Origin: Dehalococcoidia bacterium
GTDB taxonomy: Bacteria > Chloroflexota > Dehalococcoidia > Plut-88900
Assembly (NCBI GenBank): GCA_963668115.1
Contig: OY764147.1
Coordinates: forward strand, 1,928,345 to 1,992,344
Length of the DNA stretch: 64,000 nt
Reading direction: 5' to 3'
The notes under the pieces are model-generated. The model saw only the letters and a program-made list of their open reading frames with translations. It ran no database searches and was not told the DNA's origin. The position numbers were made by a program, and so were the translations under genes. Positions 1 through 8,641 of this stretch are shown in pieces; position 1 is the stretch's first letter; each line of letters starts with the position of its first letter.

Positions 1-353
1 CCATCGCTCTAGTGGATGCGGCTCTACGGCGTCGGTTCTACTTCTATGACTTCTTCCCCGACAAGCCCCCGATTAAAGGGCTTCTTCGCCAGTGGCTCGA
101 AAAGAATGACCCCGAGATGATGAAGGTCGCCGATTTAGTAGACCGCGCGAACAAGGCATTAGAAGACCGCCACTTGAGTATTGGGCCAAGCCATTTCATG
201 AAGAAAGAACAGAAACTAGACAAAGAACGGGTGCGATTCATCTGGGAACGAGCCGTTTTCCCCTACATTGAGGAGCAACTGTTTGGACGGCAAGAAGACA
301 TAGACAAGTATAGGTTCCACAGGCTAGAGCACATATTGGATGGCAATACATAG
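1..353 (+). CDS. mcrB: McrB-like AAA+ GTPase subunit of a 5-methylcytosine restriction system, C-terminal fragment (5' end lies outside the window)
   Basis: ORF 12..353 is open to the window edge; 'AALRRRFYFYDF' sensor-like motif typical of McrB C-terminus; followed 18 bp later by McrC. Confidence 0.55.
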   Translation, partial: IALVDAALRRRFYFYDFFPDKPPIKGLLRQWLEKNDPEMMKVADLVDRANKALEDRHLSIGPSHFMKKEQKLDKERVRFIWERAVFPYIEEQLFGRQEDIDKYRFHRLEHILDGNT

Positions 354-370
354 GAATCTTCCCAGAGGGG

Positions 371-1636
371 ATGGGGGATAAGAGCTGGCGCAGAGAGATG
401 TCCAAGATTGACCTCCAAGAATACCAGCAGAGCACGCCAAACCGTCTAACGCCTGAACAACGGGACACCCTAAGGACAGTCATTCCGGACCTCTCCATCG
501 ACCATGTTGCGGGGAGAGAGAGTTTGTACATACTTACCCCCGGATCGACTGTTGGGGCAGTAGAGGTTAATGATCTCTCGGTGGTGATAGAGCCGAAGAT
601 TGGGATATCACAACTTCTGTCGTTGGCGTGCTACGCCATCGGGAAGGTGAAGTTTCAGGAGACGGACGTAGACCTCAGGGAAGAAAAAACGTTGCCGGAT
701 GCGTTGGCTCTCGCGTTATCAGCGGCGGCGAGGCAAGCATTCGGTCGGGGGTTGCTGCATGGGTATCTGGTACATGAAGAGGCGTTGCAGACGGTGCGGG
801 GGCGCATCCGGTTCAATGACCAGATACGGCGGAGGTTCGGAATAGCGCTGCCGGTGGAGGTGCGGTATGACGAGTTTACGGACGATATCACGGAGAACCG
901 GCTGGTGAAGGCGGCGGTGGCCCGGCTTGGCGGGTTGCGGTTGCGGTCGCAGAAGGCGCGGACGGGTCTCGGGTGGGCGTGGGCGATGCTGGACAACGTG
1001 TCGCAGGTGGACTACCGGCCCAAAGACGTGCCGGAAGTGAAGTTCGACAGGCTGAATGAACACTACAGGCAAGTAGTGGCGCTGGCTCGGTTGATTCTGC
1101 GGCACGGGGCTTTTGAGTCGGGGCGGGGGGAGGTGCGGGCACAGGGGTTCCTGATGGACATGAACGTGGTGTTCCAGGAGTTTGTTACGGTGGCGTTGAG
1201 GGAGGCTTTGGGGGTGTCGGCGCAAGTGTTTGGCGAGCAGTGGATTTCTCCATTGGCCGTTGATGGACGGATTGCGCTAAAGCCGGACTTGGTATGGAGG
1301 CGGGGACCTGCTTATAGATTCGTCGGCGATGCGAAATACAAGCATATCAAGGATGACCGCTTTCCCAACGCCGATATCTATCAGATATTTGCATATATGA
1401 CATCGGCTAAGCTACGAAATGGAATGCTAATCTACGCAAAGGGAGAGGTGGAAGATACAACGTATTCGGTGCGGAACGCCGACAAAGAAGTGTACGTGGC
1501 TACGCTAGACCTGGAAGGCGACCTGGATTCGATATTGGGTCGGGTGGAGGAGTTGGCGGAGGGGATTAAGGGACTTGCCGACGTAGGGGGATCACCCTCA
1601 CCCTCTCACGCCCGAGGCGCACTTACAGCCCCTTGA
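371..1636 (+). CDS. mcrC: McrC family 5-methylcytosine-specific restriction endonuclease subunit
   Basis: 421 aa; C-terminal PD-(D/E)xK-like 'KPDLVW...VGDAKYK' motif; RBS agagggg before ATG 371; adjacent to McrB fragment. Confidence 0.7.
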   Translation: MGDKSWRREMSKIDLQEYQQSTPNRLTPEQRDTLRTVIPDLSIDHVAGRESLYILTPGSTVGAVEVNDLSVVIEPKIGISQLLSLACYAIGKVKFQETDVDLREEKTLPDALALALSAAARQAFGRGLLHGYLVHEEALQTVRGRIRFNDQIRRRFGIALPVEVRYDEFTDDITENRLVKAAVARLGGLRLRSQKARTGLGWAWAMLDNVSQVDYRPKDVPEVKFDRLNEHYRQVVALARLILRHGAFESGRGEVRAQGFLMDMNVVFQEFVTVALREALGVSAQVFGEQWISPLAVDGRIALKPDLVWRRGPAYRFVGDAKYKHIKDDRFPNADIYQIFAYMTSAKLRNGMLIYAKGEVEDTTYSVRNADKEVYVATLDLEGDLDSILGRVEELAEGIKGLADVGGSPSPSHARGALTAP

Positions 1637-1649
1637 GGGAGAGGGGACT

Positions 1650-1771
1650 GGACACCACTCCGTTCCGTTCGGTCGACCCTTCGACTCCGCTCAGGGCGAA
1701 CGGAACCCCCACCCCGCGGGATGGATTCACGCCAATGGCGCATCTTCGACCCGACTACTCGGGAATGACGG
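1650..1771 (+). repeat. MITE-like nested-hairpin repeat, copy A (122 bp, identical to 1900..2021)
   Basis: Exact 122-bp direct repeat; outer stem gttccgttcg/cgaacggaac, inner gtcgacccttcgac palindrome; ends with gggaatgacgg module. Confidence 0.85.
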
Positions 1772-1899
1772 CATAAGGTGGGTGGGGATGATGGAGAGGG
1801 GCTTAGGGAGCGACGCTGGAGATTCCTCGCGGGGCATCGGAATGACAGTGTAGTGATGTGCAGGGCTAGGCAAGGGTGAGCGGCACCGCGCCGGGGAGG

Positions 1900-2021
1900 G
1901 GACACCACTCCGTTCCGTTCGGTCGACCCTTCGACTCCGCTCAGGGCGAACGGAACCCCCACCCCGCGGGATGGATTCACGCCAATGGCGCATCTTCGAC
2001 CCGACTACTCGGGAATGACGG
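1900..2021 (+). repeat. MITE-like nested-hairpin repeat, copy B (122 bp, identical to copy A; period 250 bp)
   Basis: Identical to 1650..1771. The 128-bp spacer 1772..1899 carries a 28-bp module (1820..1847) that recurs in reverse complement inside mnmG. Confidence 0.85.
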
Positions 2022-2076
2022 GTTAAAGGGTCGGGAATGATCCGCCATGGGCGGACAGGCTCCCCCGGAGGGTGGG

Positions 2077-3072
2077 TTATTTGGGGAGGACGGTGACTTT
2101 GATGGCGCCGGTGGACTTGTCGAGGGCGGTGTCGAAGGCGTGGGTGATGTGGGTGAGGGGGAAGCGGTGGGTCTGCATGAAGGCGACTTCGGAGGAGTAG
2201 CGGGCGAGGGAGTGTATGGTGGAGGCGAACTCCCGGCCATGGACGCCGACGCCGTACATGCTGGAGCCGACGATGTCGACTTCCTTGGCGACAAGCATGA
2301 GGCCGTCGACCCGGGAGTTGGCGGTGAAGATGCCGAGGATGACGATGCGGGCCTCGGGCTGGGCGGCTTTGATGGCATCGTTGATGGTGTCTGCTGCGCC
2401 GCCTACGGTTTCGATGACTACGTCGGGCTGGCGGTCCCGGGCCCAGTCTTCCCATTCGGTCTCGGAGAGGGGTGTGAGGCCGAGGCGTCGGGCGGCGTCG
2501 AACTGCTGGGGGTGTCGGGCGGTGATGGCGACTTCGGCGGCGCGGTCTCGGGCGAGGAGGCCGGCGAAGAGGCCGATGGTCCCGGCACCCAGGACAAGGA
2601 CACGGCTTTCGATTTTGAGCCGGGCGAGGGCGACGCCGCGGTAGGAGCAGGCCATGGGCTCGACGAGGGAGGCGAGGAGCGGGGGGAGGGAGTCGGGGAC
2701 GGGGTGGAGGGTGTGGGCGGGGACGTCTATAAACTCGGCGAGGCCGCCGGGCTCATCGATGCCGATGAACTTCATGGTTGGGCAGATGTTGGTTGCGCCG
2801 GCGGCGCAGTAGTTACAGTTAAGGCAGGCGTCCAGGGGTTCGATGGCGTAGAGGGAGTCGGGGAGGCCGGCGCCGCCTTCGATTATCGTGCCGACGATCT
2901 CATGGCCCATGACGACGTTGTTGTGCCGCGTGCTACGTCCGGCGTAGACGTGGAGGTCGGAGCCGCAGATGCCGCAGGCGGTGACGGAGATTCGGACGCG
3001 GGTCGGGGGGAGGGGGACGGGTTCGACGTCTTCCACGACCATGCCCTGGGAAGTCCACATTGAGCGCAGCAT
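2077..3072 (-). CDS. Zn-dependent alcohol dehydrogenase (MDR superfamily, sorbitol/threonine dehydrogenase-like)
   Basis: GHEIVG and CGICGSDLH zinc motifs, GAGTIGL NAD-binding motif; start placed at ATG 3072 with GGAGG 8 nt upstream (the longer ORF to 3234 would run into the HAD gene). Confidence 0.85.
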   Translation of the reverse strand: MLRSMWTSQGMVVEDVEPVPLPPTRVRISVTACGICGSDLHVYAGRSTRHNNVVMGHEIVGTIIEGGAGLPDSLYAIEPLDACLNCNYCAAGATNICPTMKFIGIDEPGGLAEFIDVPAHTLHPVPDSLPPLLASLVEPMACSYRGVALARLKIESRVLVLGAGTIGLFAGLLARDRAAEVAITARHPQQFDAARRLGLTPLSETEWEDWARDRQPDVVIETVGGAADTINDAIKAAQPEARIVILGIFTANSRVDGLMLVAKEVDIVGSSMYGVGVHGREFASTIHSLARYSSEVAFMQTHRFPLTHITHAFDTALDKSTGAIKVTVLPK

Positions 3073-3145
3073 AGGGTTGCCTCCGGGGGGTGATGTGGGG
3101 AAGTCTACACGGGCCTCGGGGGGCCGTCCACGAGGAGCGGGGTCT

Positions 3146-3892
3146 CTAGAGTCTTGCGAGGGCTTCGGGTAGCTCTGAGAGGTTGTCGACGCGGGCGTCG
3201 GGGGAGACGGGGACGTGGTCCCAGGTTGCACCACCTATGAGGACGGCTTTCATGCCGACGCGCTGGGCGCCTAGGATGTCGGTTTCGGGGCGGTCACCTA
3301 CGTGGACGGACTGTCGGGGGTCGGCGCCGATGGCTTGGAGGGTATCCAGGAAGAGGGTGGGGGCGGGCTTGGCGATTTGCTCCTCATCGGAGAAGGTGAG
3401 GTGGAGGAGGTACCGGGCAATGCCGATGTCGGCGAGGAATTTTCGGGCGAGGGCGCCGGGGGTGGTTCCGGAGTTGCAGATCAGGGCGATCCTGTAGCCC
3501 TCGTCGGTGAGGGTGGAAAGGGTCTCGAGGACGCCGGGCATCAGGGCGGGGGGGTGCTCCAGGAAGGCGTTCAGGTGGCGCTCGGAGACCTGCGCTTTGG
3601 CTTCGGGGTCGAGGGAAGAGGAAAGGTCGGGCTGGATGGAGTCGAGGAAGTCGTTCAGCTGGGTTTCGAAGGGGGTGTCGAGGCCTCGGGTGCGGACGTT
3701 TTCGAACTTCTGCTGGGAGTCCCAGTAAACCTCGGCAATGTGCTCCCTGGTGCAATGGACACCGTACTCGGAGAGGATGGCGGTTGTGGCGTCGATTCTC
3801 TTCCTGGCTCGGGAGACTCCGCCGCCTGCCACGTCCCTTATGAGGGTGTTCCACAGGTCGAATGTGATGCCTTGTATTGCGTCGTTTCTCAT
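3146..3892 (-). CDS. HAD-superfamily hydrolase (phosphatase-like)
   Basis: N-terminal FDLWNTL (DxD-type HAD motif I) and C-terminal VGDRPETDI motif. Confidence 0.8.
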   Translation of the reverse strand: MRNDAIQGITFDLWNTLIRDVAGGGVSRARKRIDATTAILSEYGVHCTREHIAEVYWDSQQKFENVRTRGLDTPFETQLNDFLDSIQPDLSSSLDPEAKAQVSERHLNAFLEHPPALMPGVLETLSTLTDEGYRIALICNSGTTPGALARKFLADIGIARYLLHLTFSDEEQIAKPAPTLFLDTLQAIGADPRQSVHVGDRPETDILGAQRVGMKAVLIGGATWDHVPVSPDARVDNLSELPEALARL

Positions 3893-3945
3893 GCCCGTAT
3901 TCCAGTTTCTACACTTGCCTCAGTTGCATGAAATGTCCCCAAATG

Positions 3946-3969
3946 AATCGGGGGCGGGTGTTTTCCCGC
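3946..3969 (-). terminator. GC-rich hairpin (gggggcggg-tgttttc-ccgccccc) just downstream of the apt stop
   Basis: 9-bp perfect stem; on the minus strand it is followed by GATTCATTTGGGG; the HAD gene follows on the same strand, so it could act as an attenuator. Confidence 0.35.
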
Positions 3970-3973
3970 CCCC

Positions 3974-4486
3974 TCAGTATTCGATGACGGTTGTAATTGG
4001 ATAGCCCTTGATGCGGTCTCTGCCTCCGAGGTCCGTGAGCTCGATCAGGAAGGCCAGTCCGGCCACCACCCCGCCCAGCTCCTCCACCAGCCTCACCGTC
4101 GCCTCCGCAGTGCCCCCGGTGGCCAGCAGATCGTCTACGACCAGTACCCTCTCCCCGCTGGACACGGCATCCCTGTGCAGTTCCATGGAGTTGGAGCCGT
4201 ACTCCAGGTCGTAGCTGACCTTGACCGCCTCCCTGGGCAGCTTGCCCTCTTTCCTGACCGGGAGGAGCGGTTTTCCCAACTCCAGGGCCAGGGGTGCGGC
4301 GATAAGGAAGCCGCGGGCGTCGATGGCGGCGAAGGAGTCTATGTGATTGCCGTCAATGTCCTGCTTGATGAGGTCCAAGGCGTGACGAAAGGCGGGAGGG
4401 GACTGGAGGAGGGGGGTGATGTCTCGGAAGAGGATGCCGGGCTTGGGGAAGTCGGGGACGTTGGCGATGTAGTCTTTGAGGTCCAT
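3974..4486 (-). CDS. apt: Adenine phosphoribosyltransferase
   Basis: MDLKDYIANVPDFPKPGILFRD N-terminus and VVDDLLATGGT PRPP-binding motif; start chosen at internal ATG (M23 of the longer TTG ORF). Confidence 0.85.
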   Translation of the reverse strand: MDLKDYIANVPDFPKPGILFRDITPLLQSPPAFRHALDLIKQDIDGNHIDSFAAIDARGFLIAAPLALELGKPLLPVRKEGKLPREAVKVSYDLEYGSNSMELHRDAVSSGERVLVVDDLLATGGTAEATVRLVEELGGVVAGLAFLIELTDLGGRDRIKGYPITTVIEY

Positions 4487-4581
4487 CCGGGCTGGTTCCA
4501 GGAGCAATTTCTGCTGCGGAGTAACTTTAACGGATTTGGAGGTGTCAATCAAAGGTCGGGAGTGGGGATAAAGGATGGGGA

Positions 4582-4610
4582 TTGCATTGTGATGTGTATG
4601 CCGTCATAAT
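4582..4610 (+). promoter_or_regulatory. Sigma70-like promoter TTGCAT-17-CATAAT upstream of vapBC; ATG at 4617 lies about 7 nt after the -10 (possible leaderless mRNA)
   Basis: Hexamers read directly from sequence; no SD in front of the vapB ATG. Confidence 0.35.
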
Positions 4611-4616
4611 GCCAGC

Positions 4617-4853
4617 ATGGCAGTCAAGATAACAATTAGGGACATTTCCGAGGAAGTCCGTGACGTGCTAGCGGCACGCGCAGCCGCGCGTCGGCAGTCC
4701 ATGCAGGCCTATCTGCGGGGCGAACTGGAACGGCTCGCTTCCCGTCCTTCGAATGCTGAGTGGGTTAGAGAGTTGCGGGAGTGGAAGAAGGAACACGGGA
4801 TTGACGTTCCCACGTCCGCAATTCTTGAGGCCAAGGACGCAGACAGAGATTGA
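4617..4853 (+). CDS. vapB: Ribbon-helix-helix antitoxin (VapB/FitA-like)
   Basis: 78 aa; N-terminal basic beta-strand MAVKITIRDISEEVRD; stop overlaps the start of the PIN toxin gene (ATGA). Confidence 0.6.
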   Translation: MAVKITIRDISEEVRDVLAARAAARRQSMQAYLRGELERLASRPSNAEWVRELREWKKEHGIDVPTSAILEAKDADRD

Positions 4854-5413
4854 CTGTTGTCCTTGATTCTTCCGCACTTATCGGAGTCCTTGTGCGTTCG
4901 AGTTCAGGAGGCCTCTGGGCGGCTGGTGTATTGGAAGATGAGCAGATTATAGCGCCCGAAATCCTCTTGTCTGAAACAGCTAACGGATTACGACGTCTAG
5001 AGCTTCAGGGCCACTTGTCAAGTCTGGAAGCCAATGGCGCCTTTGACCGAGTTTGTACGTTGCCAGTTGAGTTACATCCGTTCTCCCCATACGCCGAGCG
5101 GGTCTGGGAACTGCGGTTCAACCTCACCGCCTACGACGCATGGTACGTGGCCATAGCCGAGGCAATGGAGTGTCCCTTGGCCACTCTGGACCTGAGAATG
5201 GCTCGTGCCAGCGGGACGCGGTGTGAGTTCCTGCATCCACCCGACTTTATTGGGAAGGCCCACCCAGTCCCGGTTGAGGTCAAATGTAGCTATTGCCAAA
5301 AGCCTACGAAGGTGTTCCGAGTCCGGACGGCCAACTACTGCTCCCCTTCACATAGAACGTTGGCGTGGAAGAAGCGTAAAGAAGAGGCAATGGCGTCTAG
5401 AGCAGCCACTTAG
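4850..5413 (+). CDS. vapC: PIN-domain toxin (VapC) with a roughly 55-aa C-terminal Cys/His-rich extension (putative zinc ribbon)
   Basis: VLDSSALI and E..D.WY PIN acidic residues; C-terminal CEF...CSYC...YCSPSH spacing; 187 aa versus a typical 130-140 aa. Confidence 0.7.
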   Translation: MTVVLDSSALIGVLVRSSSGGLWAAGVLEDEQIIAPEILLSETANGLRRLELQGHLSSLEANGAFDRVCTLPVELHPFSPYAERVWELRFNLTAYDAWYVAIAEAMECPLATLDLRMARASGTRCEFLHPPDFIGKAHPVPVEVKCSYCQKPTKVFRVRTANYCSPSHRTLAWKKRKEEAMASRAAT

Positions 5414-5439
5414 ACACCCTATCACCTGACCGATATAAT
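5411..5439 (+). promoter_or_regulatory. Sigma70-like promoter TAGACA-17-TATAAT in front of the first LLM gene
   Basis: Perfect -10 at 5434..5439; RBS gagagg 6 nt before ATG 5460. Confidence 0.4.
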
Positions 5440-5459
5440 CCCCCCACCCGAGAGGCTTT

Positions 5460-6410
5460 ATGACCAGCAAGCCCCGCATGAAGTTCGGCGTGTCCCTGGG
5501 ACAGGAGCGCGTAACATGGCCGGAGATCGAGGAAGCGGCGATTCTCGTCGAGGAGCTGGGCTTTGACTCTCTCTGGTCTCACGACCACCTGATACCCTCC
5601 GATCCGGGCCGCAACGAGGGGCCGTGCCTGGAGGCGTGGGCGATTCTCGGGGCGTTTGCGAGGATGACGAAGACCGTGACCATCGGGCCGATGGTGGCGG
5701 GGAATACGTATCGCAACCCGGTGCTGCTGGCCAAGTCGGCCACGACTGTGGACATCATCAGCGGAGGCAGGCTGATATTCGGGATCGGGGCGGGGTGGTT
5801 CGAGATGGAGCACACGGCCTACGATTTTCCCTTCTATACCGTCGGAGGGAGGATCAGCCGCCTTGACGAGTCCGTAGAGCTCATCAAGAAGCTGTGGACA
5901 TCGGACGGGCCCGTGGACTTCGACGGCAAGTATTACAACTTGCGGAGCGCCCCCTTCGACCCCAAGCCAACTCAGCAACCCCACCCACCAATCCTCATAG
6001 CCGGGGGCGGTGAGAAACGCACCCTGAGGGTGACGGCCAAGTGGGCCGACATGATGAACATCAACGGCCATGCTCAGATTGCAGCCCACAAATACCGGGT
6101 GCTGGAGGAGCACTGCCGGGCTGTCGGGAGGAACCCTGCCGATATTGTGAAGACCGCCAACGGGGCCTTCGTGCCGCCCGAGAAGATGGACGACTGGAAC
6201 CAGTGGATGGACCGTCTCGCCGAGACCATGCCCGATCAGAGGAAGTCCCGGGGAGAGGGCGGGGTAGTGGGAGACATGGACGTCATCAGGGACTGGGTGA
6301 GGGGTCACGTGGAGGTCGGGACTCAGCATGTCATCTTCACCATGCGTTCTCCGTACCCACTGGAGTCGCTCAGGACCTTCGCCAGAAAAGTGATGCCGGA
6401 GTTCAGATAG
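5460..6410 (+). CDS. LLM-class (luciferase-like) F420/FMN-dependent oxidoreductase
   Basis: 316 aa TIM-barrel LLM signature (DSLWSHDHL, GGRLIFGIGAGW, PKPTQQPHPPILIAGGG). Confidence 0.85.
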   Translation: MTSKPRMKFGVSLGQERVTWPEIEEAAILVEELGFDSLWSHDHLIPSDPGRNEGPCLEAWAILGAFARMTKTVTIGPMVAGNTYRNPVLLAKSATTVDIISGGRLIFGIGAGWFEMEHTAYDFPFYTVGGRISRLDESVELIKKLWTSDGPVDFDGKYYNLRSAPFDPKPTQQPHPPILIAGGGEKRTLRVTAKWADMMNINGHAQIAAHKYRVLEEHCRAVGRNPADIVKTANGAFVPPEKMDDWNQWMDRLAETMPDQRKSRGEGGVVGDMDVIRDWVRGHVEVGTQHVIFTMRSPYPLESLRTFARKVMPEFR

Positions 6411-6420
6411 GAGAAGCGAA

Positions 6421-7584
6421 ATGGCAGCGCCAAGGGACATTCCCTTCCCCGTAGAGGAATACAGGGCCCGACTCTCCGGAGTCCAGGAGCGGATGCGCTC
6501 CCGGGACATCGACGTGCTGCTCGCCTATACGCCGGAGAACATCAACTACCTCACCGGCTACAACACGACGGGCTATTATGTCTACCAATGCCTGATGGTG
6601 CCCGCCGACCGGGACCCGATAATGGTGACCCGGGAGCTGGAGAAGGACAACGTCACCATGGGCACGTGGCTCGACGACTACCGCATATTCGGGGACTCCG
6701 AGGACCCCGTGGCCACGACCTGCGACGCCATCAAGGAGTTCGGGTATGCGGACAAACGCATCGGCTTCGAGTCGACGTCCTGGTTCCTGCAATTGCGGGA
6801 CTACCAGCAGACGGTGTCCCTTCTTCCCAACGCGGAGGTGAAGGATGGAGGCAATATCGTCGAGGAGAACCGGGTCATCAAGTCGCCCCGGGAAATTGCG
6901 TGCATCAGAGAGGCCGCGCGGATAGTGGCGAAGGGGATGCAGTCGGGGATCGATGCTTCCAGGCCGGGAGTCACCGACAACTACGTGGCCGGAGAGCTCA
7001 CCCGCACCCTCTACGCCGAGGGCAGCATCTACTTCGCGGGGCAACCCTACGTGGCCTCCGGCAAGCGGACGGGCAGAGGCCACATAACCTTTGCCAATGT
7101 CACCCTTGAGCCCGGCGACCCCGTATTCTTCGAGATATCCGCCAATGTCAGCCGGTACAGCGCCTCCCTGATGCGCACCATCTCCCTCGGCCCACCCGAC
7201 GACATGGTCAAGAGCGTCGCCGAGGCGTCCATCGCCGGCCTCACGGCCGCGGTGGAGAACATGGGCCCAGGCATGACCTCCCACGACGCCGACGCTTTCT
7301 GCCGCAACGCCATCACCAAGGCCGGATACGGTGAGCTTTTCAACCACCGGACGGGCTACTCCATAGGGGTCGGGTATCCGCCGGGGTGGGGCGAGGGCCA
7401 CATCATGGACATCAAGCCCGGGGACCAGCGGGTACTCAAGCCCGGCATGACCTTCCACCTGACCCCCGCAATACTGATTCCGGGGGTGGCGGGCCCCGGG
7501 TTCAGCGAGACTATCCTGATAACTGATGACGGCGCGGAAGTCCTCACCAATTTCCCCAGGGAGTTCCTTGTCAAGGACGTATAG
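6421..7584 (+). CDS. M24-family metallopeptidase (Xaa-Pro aminopeptidase/creatinase-like)
   Basis: 387 aa; creatinase N-domain plus pita-bread fold with HRTGYSIGVG motif; RBS taggag. Confidence 0.85.
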   Translation: MAAPRDIPFPVEEYRARLSGVQERMRSRDIDVLLAYTPENINYLTGYNTTGYYVYQCLMVPADRDPIMVTRELEKDNVTMGTWLDDYRIFGDSEDPVATTCDAIKEFGYADKRIGFESTSWFLQLRDYQQTVSLLPNAEVKDGGNIVEENRVIKSPREIACIREAARIVAKGMQSGIDASRPGVTDNYVAGELTRTLYAEGSIYFAGQPYVASGKRTGRGHITFANVTLEPGDPVFFEISANVSRYSASLMRTISLGPPDDMVKSVAEASIAGLTAAVENMGPGMTSHDADAFCRNAITKAGYGELFNHRTGYSIGVGYPPGWGEGHIMDIKPGDQRVLKPGMTFHLTPAILIPGVAGPGFSETILITDDGAEVLTNFPREFLVKDV

Positions 7585-7614
7585 CGCCGGGCCGGGCAAA
7601 GGGACGCCTCTCGC

Positions 7615-8565
7615 ATGACTTTCAAAAGGCGCATGGAATTCGGGGGGATGGTCAGCGCGGCCAACGTCTCCTGGCCCGAGTTCCGCCGCATGTGCGAGAC
7701 CGTCGAAGCCCTGGGGTTCGACCACCTCTGGGTCGCAGATCTGCTGACACCCTCGGAAGCCGACTGGTCGGACGGGCCCGTCCACGAATGCTGGAGCTTT
7801 CTCTCCGCGGTGGCTTCGTTCACGGACCGCATACGCATCGGGCCCCTGGTTGTCTCCAACACCTATCGGCACCCGGTCGTCTCGGCTAAGATAGCCGCCA
7901 CAGTAGATATCATTAGCGAGGGCAGGCTGACGTACGGGGTCGGGGCGGGGTGGGCCCGGGAGGAGCACCGTTCCTACGGCATCCCATTCCAGCCCATCGG
8001 GGAGCGAGTGGGTCGGGTGGAGGAGGCCATGCAGCTAACCAAACTGCTCTGGCAGTCCCCGGATCCCGTGACGTTCCACGGTCGGTACTACACCCTGGAC
8101 AACGCCCCGTTCAACCCCAAGCCCGTGCAGAAGCCTCACCCTCCCATCATGATCGCCGGCGGAGGGGAGAAGCTGACCCTCCGCGCCGTGGCGCGGCATG
8201 CAGATGAGATGAACGTATATGGCAGCCCCGAGGAGGTGGCCCACAAGTTCGACGTCCTGAGGAAACACTGCGAGAACGAAGGCCGAGATTTCGACGAGAT
8301 CAAGAAGACGGTACTGGTGCAGATGGTTCCCCCGGAGCGACAGAAGGAATGGGATGAATTCCTGGCCAAGATAGCCGCGGAGGAACCCGAGTTGCTCAAC
8401 CGGGGCCAGAGCCAGGCCATGACCGGGGATGTGGACGACTGGAAGGAGTGGGTGCAGGCTCGGGCGGAGGTGGGCGTAGACCAGGTGATAATCAACCTCT
8501 TTGCGCCCTTTTCCTTTGACTCTATTGAAAGATTCGCCAAAGAGGTAATTCCCACCTTCCGATAG
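7615..8565 (+). CDS. LLM-class F420/FMN-dependent oxidoreductase (paralog)
   Basis: 316 aa; closely parallels 5460..6410 (GPLVVSNTYRHP, PKPVQKPHPPIMIAGGG). Confidence 0.85.
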   Translation: MTFKRRMEFGGMVSAANVSWPEFRRMCETVEALGFDHLWVADLLTPSEADWSDGPVHECWSFLSAVASFTDRIRIGPLVVSNTYRHPVVSAKIAATVDIISEGRLTYGVGAGWAREEHRSYGIPFQPIGERVGRVEEAMQLTKLLWQSPDPVTFHGRYYTLDNAPFNPKPVQKPHPPIMIAGGGEKLTLRAVARHADEMNVYGSPEEVAHKFDVLRKHCENEGRDFDEIKKTVLVQMVPPERQKEWDEFLAKIAAEEPELLNRGQSQAMTGDVDDWKEWVQARAEVGVDQVIINLFAPFSFDSIERFAKEVIPTFR

Positions 8566-8641
8566 AATTGCCCCGCTCGCCGGACGGGGCGACGCGCCGG
8601 TCGCCCCTACAAGTTCAGAAGGGACTCGGAGGAGACGACAG

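Noticed and set aside
2047-3063. Long ORFs antisense to or overlapping confident genes (for example 2047..3063+, 6403..7968-, 17177..18334+, 46415..47314-, 56182..57282+, 57605..58285-, 41074..41991+)
   Set aside because: They are Gly/Arg/Pro-rich low-complexity translations typical of the codon shadow of high-GC genes. Each overlaps a gene with clear family motifs on the other strand or frame.
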